A DNA stretch of 44,610 nucleotides from Chara braunii (lineage: Eukaryota > Plantae > Charophyceae), in contig BFEA01000007.1 of assembly GCA_003427395.1 (NCBI GenBank), positions 3,352,428 through 3,397,037 of the forward strand, in the 5' to 3' direction. How positions within the stretch are numbered: the first letter of the stretch is position 1; every line of letters begins with the position of its first letter. Positions 1 to 12,539 of this stretch are shown here, in pieces. The notes below the pieces were generated by a model. The model saw only the letters and a list, made by a program, of their open reading frames with translations. It did not search any database and had not been told where the DNA came from. The position numbers and the translations under genes were made by a program.

Positions 1-243
1 AAGTCATCAAAAAAATCCGAAAAACAACTATGTGATGCAGAAAAACAAAACAAGCAACATTGGCTGAGCATCATCTTCAGATTTGTATTAGAATTTGAGA
101 AAAAAATAAAAACAATACCGAATAAAATAAAAAATAAAAATAAAAATAAAAAACTCGTACGGGGTCCCTTGTGTACGAGTAGCGTACGAGTACAAGAGTA
201 CGACCCCGTACTCGTACGAGGATGCGTACAAGTGGCAACGTAG
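1..243. mobile_element. Non-autonomous DNA transposon (MITE-like), GTACG-motif type, right part only (cut by window start)
   Basis: Ends ...TGGCAACGTAG (reverse complement CTACGTTGCCA, similar to the TIRs at 446, 22043 and 23375). Dense GTACG/CGTAC array at 155-230. Diverged copy of the shared core (aaacaagcaacattggctgagcatcat) at ~45-110. Confidence 0.65.
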
Positions 244-280
244 AAAATAAATGAATTATCCCAATGGTAAAACAAAAAAA

Positions 281-308
281 GATTGGTTGATTGATTGATG
301 GATTGATG

Positions 309-340
<32 letters not shown>

Positions 341-848
341 AATTGATTGATTGAATGATTGAATGATTGATTGATTAAATGATTGATTGATTGGTTGATT
401 GATTGGTTTATTGATTCGTTCATTGATTGATTGATTGGTTGATTGCTCGGTAGCACGGCGTACATGTACGCAGGTTGCGCGTACACGCGTACACGTACTC
501 CCGTACGTGGGAATACGTAAAAAAAAACTCTATACAAACAACTTTTGCCTGGGATTCATCCCCGAATTCCCAACCAAACTCGAGTAAGAAATTATAAACT
601 AAATTTTGTTTTTTCATTTGTTAAGGGTTTTGATTTTTAAATTGAGCTTGGTTTGGAATTCGGGTATGACTCTCAGGCAAATGTTGTTTGTATCATTATT
701 TTGCACAAAATACTATTTTTTCAAATTTTTTGGAGGTTTTTTTTTATGTTTTTTTTTTTCGTACGTGTACCCAGGATTTTTGGTTTGTACGCGTACGCTG
801 GAATACGTATGCGTACGCACTGCGTACGCTTACAGGGTGCTACCCAGG

Positions 849-900
<52 letters not shown>
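281..900. repeat. (TGAT)n microsatellite, interrupted by the element at 446-847
   Basis: Direct reading: imperfect GATT/TGAT tetramers at 281-445 and 848-900. Confidence 0.95.
446..847. mobile_element. Complete MITE-like DNA transposon, GTACG-motif type, 8-bp TSD
   Basis: TIRs CTCGGTAGCAC / GTGCTACCCAG (10 of 11 match). Flanking duplication GTTGATTG at 438-445 and 848-855. GTACG/CGTAC arrays at both ends. Shared core present twice, in inverted orientation (~532-585 and ~641-693). Confidence 0.85.
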
Positions 901-901
<1 letters not shown>

Positions 902-913
902 ATGAGGTGGGGG

Positions 914-1186
914 NNNNNNNNNNNNNNNNNNNNNNNNNNNNNNNNNNNNNNNNNNNNNNNNNNNNNNNNNNNNNNNNNNNNNNNNNNNNNNNNNNNNNNN
1001 NNNNNNNNNNNNNNNNNNNNNNNNNNNNNNNNNNNNNNNNNNNNNNNNNNNNNNNNNNNNNNNNNNNNNNNNNNNNNNNNNNNNNNNNNNNNNNNNNNNN
1101 NNNNNNNNNNNNNNNNNNNNNNNNNNNNNNNNNNNNNNNNNNNNNNNNNNNNNNNNNNNNNNNNNNNNNNNNNNNNNNNNNNNNNN
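914..1186. other. Assembly gap (N run)
   Basis: Run of n between (TGAT)n/G-run units. Confidence 1.
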
Positions 1187-1187
1187 T

Positions 1188-1222
<35 letters not shown>

Positions 1223-1380
1223 ATGAGGGGGGGGGGGTGGCGCCTCCCCCCCGCGATTACACACACACACACACACACACACAGAGAAATGGGCGCGGCC
1301 TTATTTTTTTTATTTTTTTTTTTCCTTTTGATTGATTGATTGATTGATTGATGTGAGGGGGGGGGTCGCCTTCGGCTCTG
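1187..1380. repeat. Compound microsatellite unit (TGAT)n - G-run - (CA)n
   Basis: gattgat(a/g)tgag-G-run recurs at ~895, ~1215 and ~1345. (CA)n at 1259-1283. The same architecture appears reversed at 33810-34408. Confidence 0.8.
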
Positions 1381-1389
1381 AAGCGAGTG

Positions 1390-2595
1390 ATAGATGTCAG
1401 AGGCTTCTTGGGAGCCTGTGGATTTTGGAGGATTTTTATTCCTTATTTTGCTACCCTTGCAAAGCCCATAAGAGAAATAGTGAGATAAGGGACTGACCTG
1501 TCCTGGACTGAGAAGAGATAAATTTTTGTTAAAGCTTTACAAGAAAAACTAAAAAATGGGGATGTAGTGTTGGGGGTGCCCTTCTATGACGATGAAGAGA
1601 GAAGACCCTTCATGGAGGACCAGTAACTCTCGGTGGTGTACTTGTTCAGAAATATGAGAATAAGAAAAAGAGACCTTTAAGATTTGAGAGCATAACCCTT
1701 AACTCTACAGAGAGAGGCTACACATGGTTTATAAAAGAGTTACAGACAATCATTCACCGCCTCAGGTGCTTCAGGCACTATATACTTGGAAAGAGATTCA
1801 TTCTGAGGACATATGCATCTACTGTGATATGTGCTATTAAAAAACATTAACAAGTAGATGCATATGTCTTTTAATAACACATATGTAAGATGAAGATGTC
1901 CTCATATGCATCTACTGTGATATGTGTTATTCAAGTGGATAGTGACAGATGGCCTAAGCCGAATTGAATGGAGAAAAGATGAAGATGAAGATATTAATGG
2001 GACGATTGAATAATTTGTCTATGTTGATAACTTCCTGAATGAGGAGGACGATGAAGATTATAAGGCTCCAAGTTCCTATAATGGAGCTCATGGCCTGAAC
2101 AAAGGGACGGTTGGGGAGAAATCCCCGATGCTTATGTCTATGAATTAATTCTTGAAAAGGACGAGGAGGAAAAATAAAACGATTGATATGCTAAAGTCAA
2201 TGCCGCATATGTGGTTGCTCATGAACTGGGAGAGAGTTCCGGTTCAAAGAATGAAGAAGAGATTGAGAAGAGAGAAGAAGAGATATAATTCATCTTTGAA
2301 TAATATGATGGGAGTTACCAAAAGATTGGAAAGAAGATGGAAAGAAAACAACTAAAGGAATATTACTGCGAAAACTCAAGCAAGATGTTCAAACTAAAAA
2401 GAGGACATCTCCTCATGGATGGCAAGGGAGGCTTACCTCCACTAAGAGTTGTTTGTGAGAAAGAAAGACAGTTAGAAATAATTATTGCTCTGCATGAAGG
2501 GGGTGTTGGTGACCATAGAGTTGCTGAGGCAACCTACTCTAACACAGTTAAACTCTACTTCTGGCCTGATATGAGAGACATGACTTTAGTGGTTA
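1390..2595 (+). mobile_element. Ty3/Gypsy pol fragment (RNase H end and integrase N-terminal zinc-binding region), decayed
   Basis: Translated remnants ELQTIIHRLRCFRHYILGKRFILRT (RNase H) and IIIALHEGGVGDHRVAEATYSNTVKLYFWPDM (integrase H-H motif). Many stops. Confidence 0.8.
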
Positions 2596-4139
2596 TCCAG
2601 TCTCACGCCAGTGCCGCCCAGTAAGCACTGCAACGCTGTGCTAATTCTTCAACCAGCGTTGTAAAAAGTCCGTGCGCCGGCGCACCCGGAGTCCACCAAG
2701 TTTCATGTCATTCGAAAACATTCGAACACGCAACCATGCTCGCAAACACGCACGCACCTTCCCGTTTCGAAATCAAGGTTGTTGCCGGAAAGGGAGTGAA
2801 GAGTAAGAGTATGGACAACCACGTCACGCCATACATTTGGGTGTGACCATCCCCAAACTTGGACAAAAACAGAAAGAGGGGAGAAGAGGAGGAGAAAACG
2901 AAGGGGAAGGAACACTACGGGGAATGAAAAGATGGGAAAAAGAGTAGTGCGCAACAACGAAAAATTAAAAGGAAAAAATAAGAGACACGAGGAAACAGGG
3001 AAGGTCGAGTGATTACCTTTCCAAACGAGGAGAAGGGTCTACGGTGGAAAAGACAAGCTAAACACTCACCGTCCTTCGGGGAGCAAGTGACACAACGATC
3101 GAGTGTACCATCATTCAACTAGTAAGGTTCGAACAACCCATATCAAAGACAAAGGCAAGATCTCGCTGACCAATCTACATTTAACCACTCAAAGCGTAAG
3201 CGATAGGACCAGCGCAAGGGCAAATGCACATGAGAGGAGTGGCGACGTCTTCCCAAGGGAACAAACGACAACAAGTTTGACCCAGCCATCATCACAAGCC
3301 TTTGAGTAAAACTCGAAGAGGAACAATTAAACACAAATAGTTACAGTCTACGACACTCTCGACACACATTGTTCACAGTACAGACAACGATCCTCGTTAT
3401 GAATAGCGTCTAACAGGAGAGACAGAAAGTAGCGACATCGCGACAAAGAGTAGGCATGTAGAATCGGAACAGCCAACCACGTTCCCCACACCGCCTGGCC
3501 CCCCCCAAGCAATATGTTTCTCATACCCACAAAACACTAACCTCCGACACCGACAACCCACCTGCTCCACCATTCAGTCCACCAGCCTCGCTCACATATT
3601 ACTACCCACCTCCCCTCCATCCCTCCCCACCCCGACTCCCATCACAACCTCTTCATTTCTAATACCCCTCCTCACAACCGTCTACCCCCCTGCCCTCGCC
3701 CCTCATTTCTCCACTCTCCCTCTCCCCACCCCGACTCCTCACTCCGACCTCCTATCTATACGTACCATCCTGTCCTCCCTCCTGCCCTTACAACCACCCG
3801 TCCTTTACTCAATACCCTGCCTCCCCCCTCACCTCTAACCTACGCATCCTTTACTCACCAAGCCCCCCCACCATTCCTGCCCATAGCTTGCAAATTTCAA
3901 ACCATTACCCGCCCAACCCTCCTTATACAAACATTTCCACTTTCTCCACACCCATCCACCCTCTGTCGCATCATATCTGACCCCCTATGTCATCATCCCA
4001 CAACCCACCATTCCCCCATTACAATTAAACAAAAAATATATATTATTATTATTATCATAATTATTATTATTATTATCACCATTACGACTTTGTCGGATTA
4101 CAATTAAACAAAATATGTATTATTATTATTATTACGGGC

Positions 4140-6640
4140 AGATACTCAACCTCATGATAAAGGAAACACATGTCAAACATGCTATCATCAAGAAAGTATT
4201 GAAAATCATCAAGGAAGAGGAAACAAAAGTTGGATTTTATGTGTATCTAAAGGAGCACCTGCCCGTGTTAGAGGAATTCTATGAAAAACATAGTAGTCTG
4301 CTCCTGCCCAGCAAAATGGAAATAATTGTTGCACACAGAGAAAAAAGAAGAGGGTCCGCAAAGTTCTTCAAAACATGGAGAACCTACGGACTTTTAACCA
4401 AAAATTGCCTTACTACAAAGAGGGCAAAACACAATCATCGTTTTATGTGTTGAACCAGATTAGGCAGCTTACCTTCTATTAGTACAGACGCTCTACTGCG
4501 AAGATTCGGTGGTCGCAGTCTCTAAATGGAGGCCCAACAGCCTACAGGGCAGCAGCACAGGGCACCTCGAGACACCAGCAAACACTGATGTACAAGCACT
4601 TCTTGATTCAGTTTGACAACCTAACTAATGAGGTACATCAGTTGGTATAGGATAGGTTGAAAGAAACTTACCCTCGATACTCTCTCTTTGAAGCGCTCCC
4701 TTCAGCCTCATGCTTAGCATCAACTTAAGAATAACATGCATCGAACTCAAAAAAAAAAAACCACCTAAACTACCCGACAAATGGTTTTTCATAGCAGATC
4801 AAAAGGTTACAACAATATACATCTTCATGAAGATGAACCCCATGTGTTTCAGATGCAGGATCAAGGGACACATGGGAAACGGCCCTCTCCACCCCATGAA
4901 CACGAGAAAAGTGGAAGGCAGAAGGTTGCATCCCTCAATGTTGATCGAAGCAGATGCGACGAAAGACATTTGGATCATCAACGACCCTGCCTACGCGGGC
5001 TGGGTTTTTGACGACCTAAAAGACAACCCAACGTGAATATGAATACTAGCGGACCCAAAACCAGCATGTAAACCCGATGTTTTTCCTACTCATGGAAGCA
5101 AACGGCAAAAAGGAGGAGAAAAGAGGAGCGACAAATCCACGCACAAATACGAAAATGTCGCTCTGAGCAACGTCACTCACCTGGAACAGACAATGCATAA
5201 AAATCAGATTCTCAGTGATGAACATAATATAGGACGTGAGGCAGAAAAGTCATACCTCGAGATCTTCCAGGCCAGAAGTGAGTTGGAGCTAAGGAACACA
5301 AACAGCGGCAAGAAGAGTGAGTCCCGAGACCCCAAAGAAACAGGTAAATCACCAGACGTCAAAAAATGCAAAGATGACAACACGTCATTAGAAATCAGGG
5401 AAAATGAAATGCACCTGGACATAGCACCACCTGCAAAAACAACAAAAACCAGCCAGGATACAACTTCCGAGGAGGACTCAGATAACACCCTAGATGGTTG
5501 GATGAATACATTGAATTGCTGAAGGCACGCAGAGAACTAGACATGGAAATCAGGCTGGCACATGCTAGGCGCATCAGCATCCTAAAGAAAGAGTCAAACA
5601 CAAGCAGCACAGACGGATTAATAACCACTCCCAATCGCTTTGCTGCACTATCAATAGAGAACACCTTCTCTGAATTTTTGGCCCTGCAATACGTTAACCA
5701 ACACCATGATGCATTGGACAAAAATGTCAACTTAAACACAATCCCGCAATCATGCCAGCAACCAATTGAGTGGTCTTGCTTATACCTGCACGATGACACA
5801 AACAAATTGGCCTCAAGAGAGGATGAACCATCAAAGGTCAGCAATCTCGAGCACGAAAGAACAGAGGAAGGAAAAATGATTCCTCTGACAAATAGCCTGC
5901 TTAAGCAAGAAAACAACCTAACAAAGGGAAACAGAAGGCGGATCGCCATCCTTGAAAGACAAACAAGATACATACAGGAACAAAACTTGGATCTAGGGGG
6001 AGTGTTGCACTCCCTCAACAAATTGTGAACCAAAACCTCCCTAGAGCTGATAGTGACATCAACCCTCGACGCTCGCACCTTTTCCGCCATGATCCCAATC
6101 TTGCCTTTCCTCTATAACTCATATAAAAAGCAATGACAAATTATAGTCCGTCTAGGATGACTCAGACGTGGATATTTCACAAGGGAAAACATCTAAGAGG
6201 ATCGCCCACTGGCCATAAAAGCGATAGAATAGAACATCCTAGACGTGTACTAGGATGACGAGAACGAAGAAAAGCATTACATCGACTTGAGAGCATTCGT
6301 GGTCCTACACGACCAGCAGGCCCAATTGGGGGAGGCACTTACATGGAAATCATGGGAGCTGATCAAAGATTCCCTACCCCCTACTAGGCCAAAACGATGA
6401 AGTCCATAGAATCGCCTTCAGCACAACGACCTTCATGAGGGAGGAATGGTTGAGAAAGGATGAGGAGGAGACCATAGAGAAGCTGAAGAGGGACAAAGAG
6501 AAGAAAGAATATAAGAGGAAAGAAAGGGAGGAGAAAAGAAAACCTTCCATCTCACCACTTGAGCCAAACATTAGTCCCACACGAGGAATAATCATCCCAA
6601 ACACCAATGGCATAACACTCAAACAACCAACCTGGTAGTG
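4140..6640 (+). pseudogene. LINE ORF1 remnant (degenerate CCHC knuckle, coiled-coil/charged segments)
   Basis: ORF pieces 4115-4453, 4710-5036 (CFRCRIKGHMGNG, knuckle-like), 5193-5522, 5498-6028 and 6435-6638 lie on the same strand directly upstream of the endonuclease. Confidence 0.6.
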
Positions 6641-6719
6641 GAACATGCAATAAACCAAAAAGATTCAAACCCACCACCGAAGCAGATATTCTCAACGAAA
6701 TAACAAAACAACCTTAAAT

Positions 6720-9700
6720 AATTTGCGAGTCATGAAACATTAACGGACTGACCTTAATTTTAGACAACCCAATCAAATGAAGGAACCTTACTGAAATCAT
6801 TGGTTGTTGTAGACCCAACCCCCAGACATAACACACCTCCAAGAAACACACCTTACCAACTGCAACGAAAACACAAAATTACAGATAATCCTAACCAAGA
6901 AGCTAACCTTCGTCAAATGCCTTATGGGCCAAAGCTGCAAAAAATGGCTCCGCGGGAATTGCCATCCCCCTCCACAAAAAATCCGCAGTCAGAGAAGCAA
7001 TAAAAGTTATGAATGACAATCAAGACAATACATCAGGCAAATGGATCCAATTAAATATCAAATTCAAAGAAGAAGAGATGATCATCGTAAGGATTTACAG
7101 CCTGAACACACCACAAGAAAAAAACTCGTTTCTACTCACGATAGAACAACGTATCCCCACACACGCACCCACAATCATCATGGGAGATTGAAACTCCGTT
7201 CAGAACCCAAACCTAGATAAAATATCACACTATCAAGATTTCACACCTCAATCTAAAAGCGTAGACCTAAACGATTTTATAACCAGAAAAAACCTAATAG
7301 ACTCATTTCGTCTCCTATTCCCCCGAGAATAAAAGATACTCCTGCATCTGAAACACCTCAATGGTCTGAACATCCTTCTCCAGAATCAACTTCTTCCTCA
7401 CATCAGACTCATTATTAGGGTCGTCAAGACTGCACCGTTCACAACAACCCATACTACAAGGGATTGGACTACCCAGCCATATCCCTCTCCTTCAGACTCA
7501 CTAAGGAGGGTCATACAGGCAAAAACTTCTACTACTTCAACAATGTCCTCCTCACCAGCCAATCAATGTAATCCGAACTCCAAACACTATTAACCTGACA
7601 AGCACAACTGCAACCTAATGAGGACATATACCATTAACTTCCCTCAAATAATCAAGAACATTAGCACACAGACAACACAAGCCTACAAAAGACTGGCAAC
7701 ACAAAGAAAAGAAAGAGAGAAGACCCAAAAAAACACGATAAAAATTGCAGAGTTGCACCTATAGAAACAACCAAACTCAAAATTTTATGTAGACCTACTC
7801 GATAAATCCAAGGAAAATTTAGTTGAATGGACTAAACTAAAGCTCAACAGCCTCCAACTAGATGTCAGCGTAAAAGACAGGTGATAACACTCCTAAACAA
7901 AAAGGGAAACAGAGATGACATAACAACCTACAAACCTATCTCACTACAAAAAATACACTCTTATACAAAAAGGGAAACAGAGATGACATGAAAACCTACA
8001 GACATATCTCACTACTGAAAGTAAAATACAGAATCCTAGTCAAACTCCGAGCTACCATAATAAACCGGATTATAGGAGGATGCTTCCACCTGGACCAGAC
8101 AGGGTTCATTCCAAGAAGACTCATATTAGATAACGTAATGTCTCTCTGCGAATCCACATGGATAATTGGCCAAAAATGAATCGCAATGGTCATCCTCTTC
8201 TTCGATTTCGAAAAAAAATACGACCAAGTTAACTGAGATTTCCTTCAGGCCAGCATGAAAAAAATGGGAGTAGGCCCGATCCTCCAAAAATGAGTGGGAA
8301 TACTCTACAATGACGCACAAGGGATAATTCAGGTCAATGGCTTCCTCTCGAACCCCTACCCAATGACAAGGTCAATAAGACAAGGGGACCCCCTAGCAGC
8401 ACCGATCTTCCTTTTCGCCATGGAGACCATGACCGCCTTCCTAAGAAATGAGATATTTGTCGAGAGGATCAAGAACATCAAGGATGAACGAGGACAACTC
8501 CTCCACATCCCTACCTCTCTCATATTTGTAGACAATCTCACAGTAACTCCTTCTTGCAAGCCCTGACAAGAGCATGCAAGCATTTCAACTAGCCTAAAAA
8601 ATGAAAGTTAACTAGGCAAAAACAATAGGCTTGTGGACTGCGGAAACACCCCCCTCATTGAGATAACTTCCTCAGGATTACAATGGGCAGATCCAGACTC
8701 ACCAATCCACTTCCTAGGCATCAACCTCAATCTCAAACGATGTCACCAAACATCGGTAGCGATACTTTTATCTTCAATGGTTAACAAAATGCACACCTGG
8801 AAAGCCATACACACTTCCCTGTTAGGCAGGGTACTAACGCTCGATATTTCAATCCTGGAAATGATGTGGTATTGCACCTCCATTTGGTTCCCAGATACCG
8901 ACTTCCAAAGCCGATTGAGGAAAAAAATAGCAACATTCCTATGGATAGGTTACCCGCACAAACAACACTTCATCCACAAGGTGGCCTGGTAGATAGTCAC
9001 CAACCCAAAAAGCAAAAGAGGCCTAGGTCTTATAGATCCAACCCATCAAATTCGGGTCTTACAAATCAAATGGGTCAGCCCTCCAGGACAACCTCTACTG
9101 GTCCCCACTAGCCCTCAACCACATCTGAGTACTGACACCATTTATTTCTCCAACCGGCATGACAGGCGTCTACTGGATTTTTAACAAACTTGGTCACTCC
9201 CAACAGGGAAATTGAGACAGCACAACCAAGCACTCCGAGATAACACCAACGACACCCCCTTGACGAATTCCCTTTAGGAACAAATCCTATACAACTGAAA
9301 AAAATCCCAGAAAACAGAAAAGTTCCAAAGAAGAAAGACGACGCCCTCAGATAACCTCTCTTTGGCAATCCACTGATCAAGAACGATAAAGGGGTAAGCC
9401 TCTCACTCGCCACGTCGAAAAACAAATGGGGCCACTGACCAAAAAAGGGAATATGAGAAATCAAACACATATAGGATGATCCAACAAAACCAGAAAAACA
9501 AAAAGAGACCTACGAGATAAACTAAAAGGAGTACATCACCTCCAAACCAACTTAAACCACATCATAGACTGCACACCTCTACAATGGAGAGCCCTACTAA
9601 AATCAAACAAAAAATGGCAATACGAAGAATGAGCTACCACCATTGACACCCCATCAATTCAAGAAGTCCTTTCCTTCAAGAACTACGAACCCCACAACAA

Positions 9701-9980
9701 CAACTGCATCTTATGCGATATATACACCTTGGAGGAACTAGGAAACCCGGTAAGTTATATCAATACGAAAAGCAGAGCAAAAGAAACATTCATAACCAAC
9801 AACCTGAGAAAAATTGGAATTATAGAAGGAGAAAGAAAAAGAGGTCACAAACCCCACACTAACGTTTGTAACCTAGAGATCGATCCAACGGAATGGACAT
9901 GGAACACCTTCTCTCGCCCCACCCCCATCCCAAGCCTATGCAAGTTAATTGACTACACACCCAAACTAGGATATTGACTT
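6720..9980 (+). pseudogene. LINE ORF2 remnant (APE endonuclease + reverse transcriptase)
   Basis: EN: S*NINGL (~6730) and IIMGD*N (~7176). RT: YRHISLL, LDQTGFIPRRLILDNV, FFDFEKKYDQV, SIRQGDPLAAPIF, LIFVDNL (mutated YADD-type motif) and FLGIN. Numerous stops and frameshifts. Confidence 0.9.
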
Positions 9981-12016
9981 TTCACCAAACCCATATCAAT
10001 AATAAGTGGACAAAGGAGGAAACGCAACTAGCCAACACCCACTTCAAACCTCCGTAGGCCGCAATCTTCTCCACAAGATCAGTTAAGCTAGTCTACAAGT
10101 CCCCTAACCTACACACAGTTACTATCAAACCAACCACATATCACTAATCCATAACCAGTCCAGTAGATACCCCTCCCCCTGCTCTACAAACCCNCNCCCN
10201 CCCCCCCCCCCCCNNNCCCCNAAGCGATCGTCCACACACCACCAGGCATACTTACCAACCATCGTTCCTCCCCGCTACGTCCATTTTACACTACCCAATA
10301 ACCTAAGTCCATACAAAACCCCCAACCCACCCACCTCCCTAAACTTATCATCTACCCTACGAAGAAAGCCTTCACCAAATTACAAGTTAACCCCTCGCCA
10401 CCATCAAGCGATACTTAGAGTTCAGACGAGCACTGATAACCACTTTACGTGAAATCAGCAGGCACAGTATAGAAACTACCTCCAGGGTCAGTGTACACAG
10501 AAAGAGGCATCAAGGGGGGGCTTAGGGTTTAAGCATCAAACACATTTACCAAGTCGAGTTGAAATCAAGTCCGTTGAAAAAAACAACGGCTCTAGACTAG
10601 AAGTAAATAAAATAGCATTCAAGTACAACAACATGACAAAACAGGCTACCTTAGTCAGGGTGAAGAATGGTACATCCTTCCGTGGGGAAGCAACTAATGT
10701 CATTTTTCAGGCCTCCACGCCGAAAAGAGGAGAAGCGTGTGTGAGTATCTTTTGTAATTCTTCTGACTTCCCGCATGAATAGGAACCGGATTGACACTCC
10801 CCAATAACTTAATGCGAAGCAGCAACGCCTCTTCGGATCGCCTAGGGAAAAGTGACGGTGGTGGTACCACTGTAATTTAATGCGAAGCGGCAGGGCCTCT
10901 TCGGATCGCATGCGGTTAATTTTTTGTCTGTTTTCTACTGTTTGAGTGTTTTTTCCTTGCTGTTTTTTCATTAATTTTTTCCTACAAAATAGAAATTATG
11001 AACGTGGGAAGAAGCAGTTGAGTAGTAGTTAATTCTCAAGCAACATACCTTATGGAGTGCAGGAAGCACTTTTCGAACTAAGTAGTACAAGGGCAAAAGG
11101 GTTGAAATCGTTGTTGTTCTTTTACAACGATGATGTACTTCATGATGATGGTACTATGATAATAAAGCCCTCATTATCATGATTATTGAGTTCAAATTGT
11201 ACATACAACCGGATCGATCGAACTTGCACCAACTTGTGAACGATTGGATAGTGCCGCTAGTTCATCTCTCATGCTCTCCTGTATTTTCAAGGCAGAGAGA
11301 GAGAAGAGGACAACAAACGAGGGGCTGTGATATATATATTCAACTCATATATTATACTTATCTTTCTTCTCGTTTCCATTTCTTGAGACTGTTACTCTTG
11401 AGCTGCTTGATCACGTGATCGACCTCGACGGGTGCATACGTGGGAGTTAATTTGACATCAGGACCGACTGCATTGGCGTGTTTTTGGTCGTTGTGTATGT
11501 TGGCCATGAACAGCGCGACAGTACGACATCGGTGCACACGTTTCGGCCGATGCGACTTTTCAGACCGACAGTTCGCTTGAGTCGGAACTAATCGAATTTA
11601 CACGACCGTGAGGCACAGGTTACCCTTCTTCTTGGTTGACAGCAAGCCTGTTCCGGTGATTTGAAGTAAGACGCGCCGAGGAGAGAGGGAGGGTTAACAA
11701 ATTTTGGTCCACTTATCTCTGAGGTAGAACAAATTATGTTCTGATGACTGTGCTTCCAGCTTGGATAGATGATGCCATCTTTTTTAGAGTAGTTGTAGGA
11801 TCACAGTTGATTGGGGGCTGTTGATTCTTAGGGACGGATACCCCGCCGAAGGAGCTATGTTGATGTGATTGGTAAGAGGTGAGTCAGTTGCCTTGTGCAA
11901 GGCCACGCATGGGAAGGCTCTATTTGAGTCACTAATCATTACGGGCTATTGACTTACTGTGTTGTAAGGCTGTTGCTAAGCCTTTCCTGACTTATCGTCT
12001 CTGGTTTCCAGTTCTA

Positions 12017-12500
12017 TTGAGAGTTTCAACACCTACTGGTTATCCATCAAACTCGAATGCTCTGAATCATCCCCCTCCTCCTCCTCCCCCTCCCCCCCCT
12101 ATGTATCCACCATACCAACCATACCCCACATTTGAACAGCCTTACTGGGCCCCGATACCCCCGCCCCAGCAAGGGCAATTCGGTGGAAGTTACAGGAAAG
12201 GTTACGGGAATGGATACGGGAATGGATTCGGGAATAATTTCAGGAATGGGTATGGTTACAACAACAACAACAATTGGCGAAGTCGCAACCCAAATCAAGC
12301 CTTCTTCACGAAAGACCAGGCCAAATTCCTTGAGAAACTTAAGTTTAAGCAAGCGGTGCAGGAACTAGTAAAGCAGCAAACGGAAACCAAGTCAGCCCTG
12401 ACACAGCCTATCGAACCAAAGATAAAGATAGTAGAAATTAGGAAGAAGAAGACGGACGATAAAGAGGATGAGATGAAGAAATGGGTGACAAATACTCTAA
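12017..12500 (+). other. Open low-complexity ORF segment (poly-Pro, GNGY/N-rich, then charged helix), probably TE-derived gag/ORF1-like
   Basis: Uninterrupted frame 12017-12556 in the ORF track. It abuts Gypsy RT with no recognisable protease in between. Confidence 0.4.
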
Positions 12501-12539
12501 AGTTCTGTTTTTTCAAAGAAAAAACTACATGGGTCAGTG

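Larger units (their letters stand above)
2600..10400 (+). mobile_element. L1/Tx1-like LINE, near full length but decayed
   Basis: 5' region with a C-rich tract, then ORF1 remnants, then ORF2 with AP-endonuclease and RT motifs. Strong A/C strand bias. Boundaries approximate; no TSD found. Confidence 0.85.

Noticed and set aside
256-1282. ORFs rich in INQS/X repeats
   Set aside because: They are translations of (TGAT)n microsatellites and N-gaps, not genes.
10809-10909. CRISPR-like dimensions (33-bp repeat, 35-nt spacer)
   Set aside because: Only two imperfect repeats, no cas genes, eukaryotic TE context.
11000-11470. Possible 5' LTR/PBS of the plus-strand Gypsy (ttgacatcagga at ~11452)
   Set aside because: Poor PBS match and no visible similarity to the LTR at 15296-16431.
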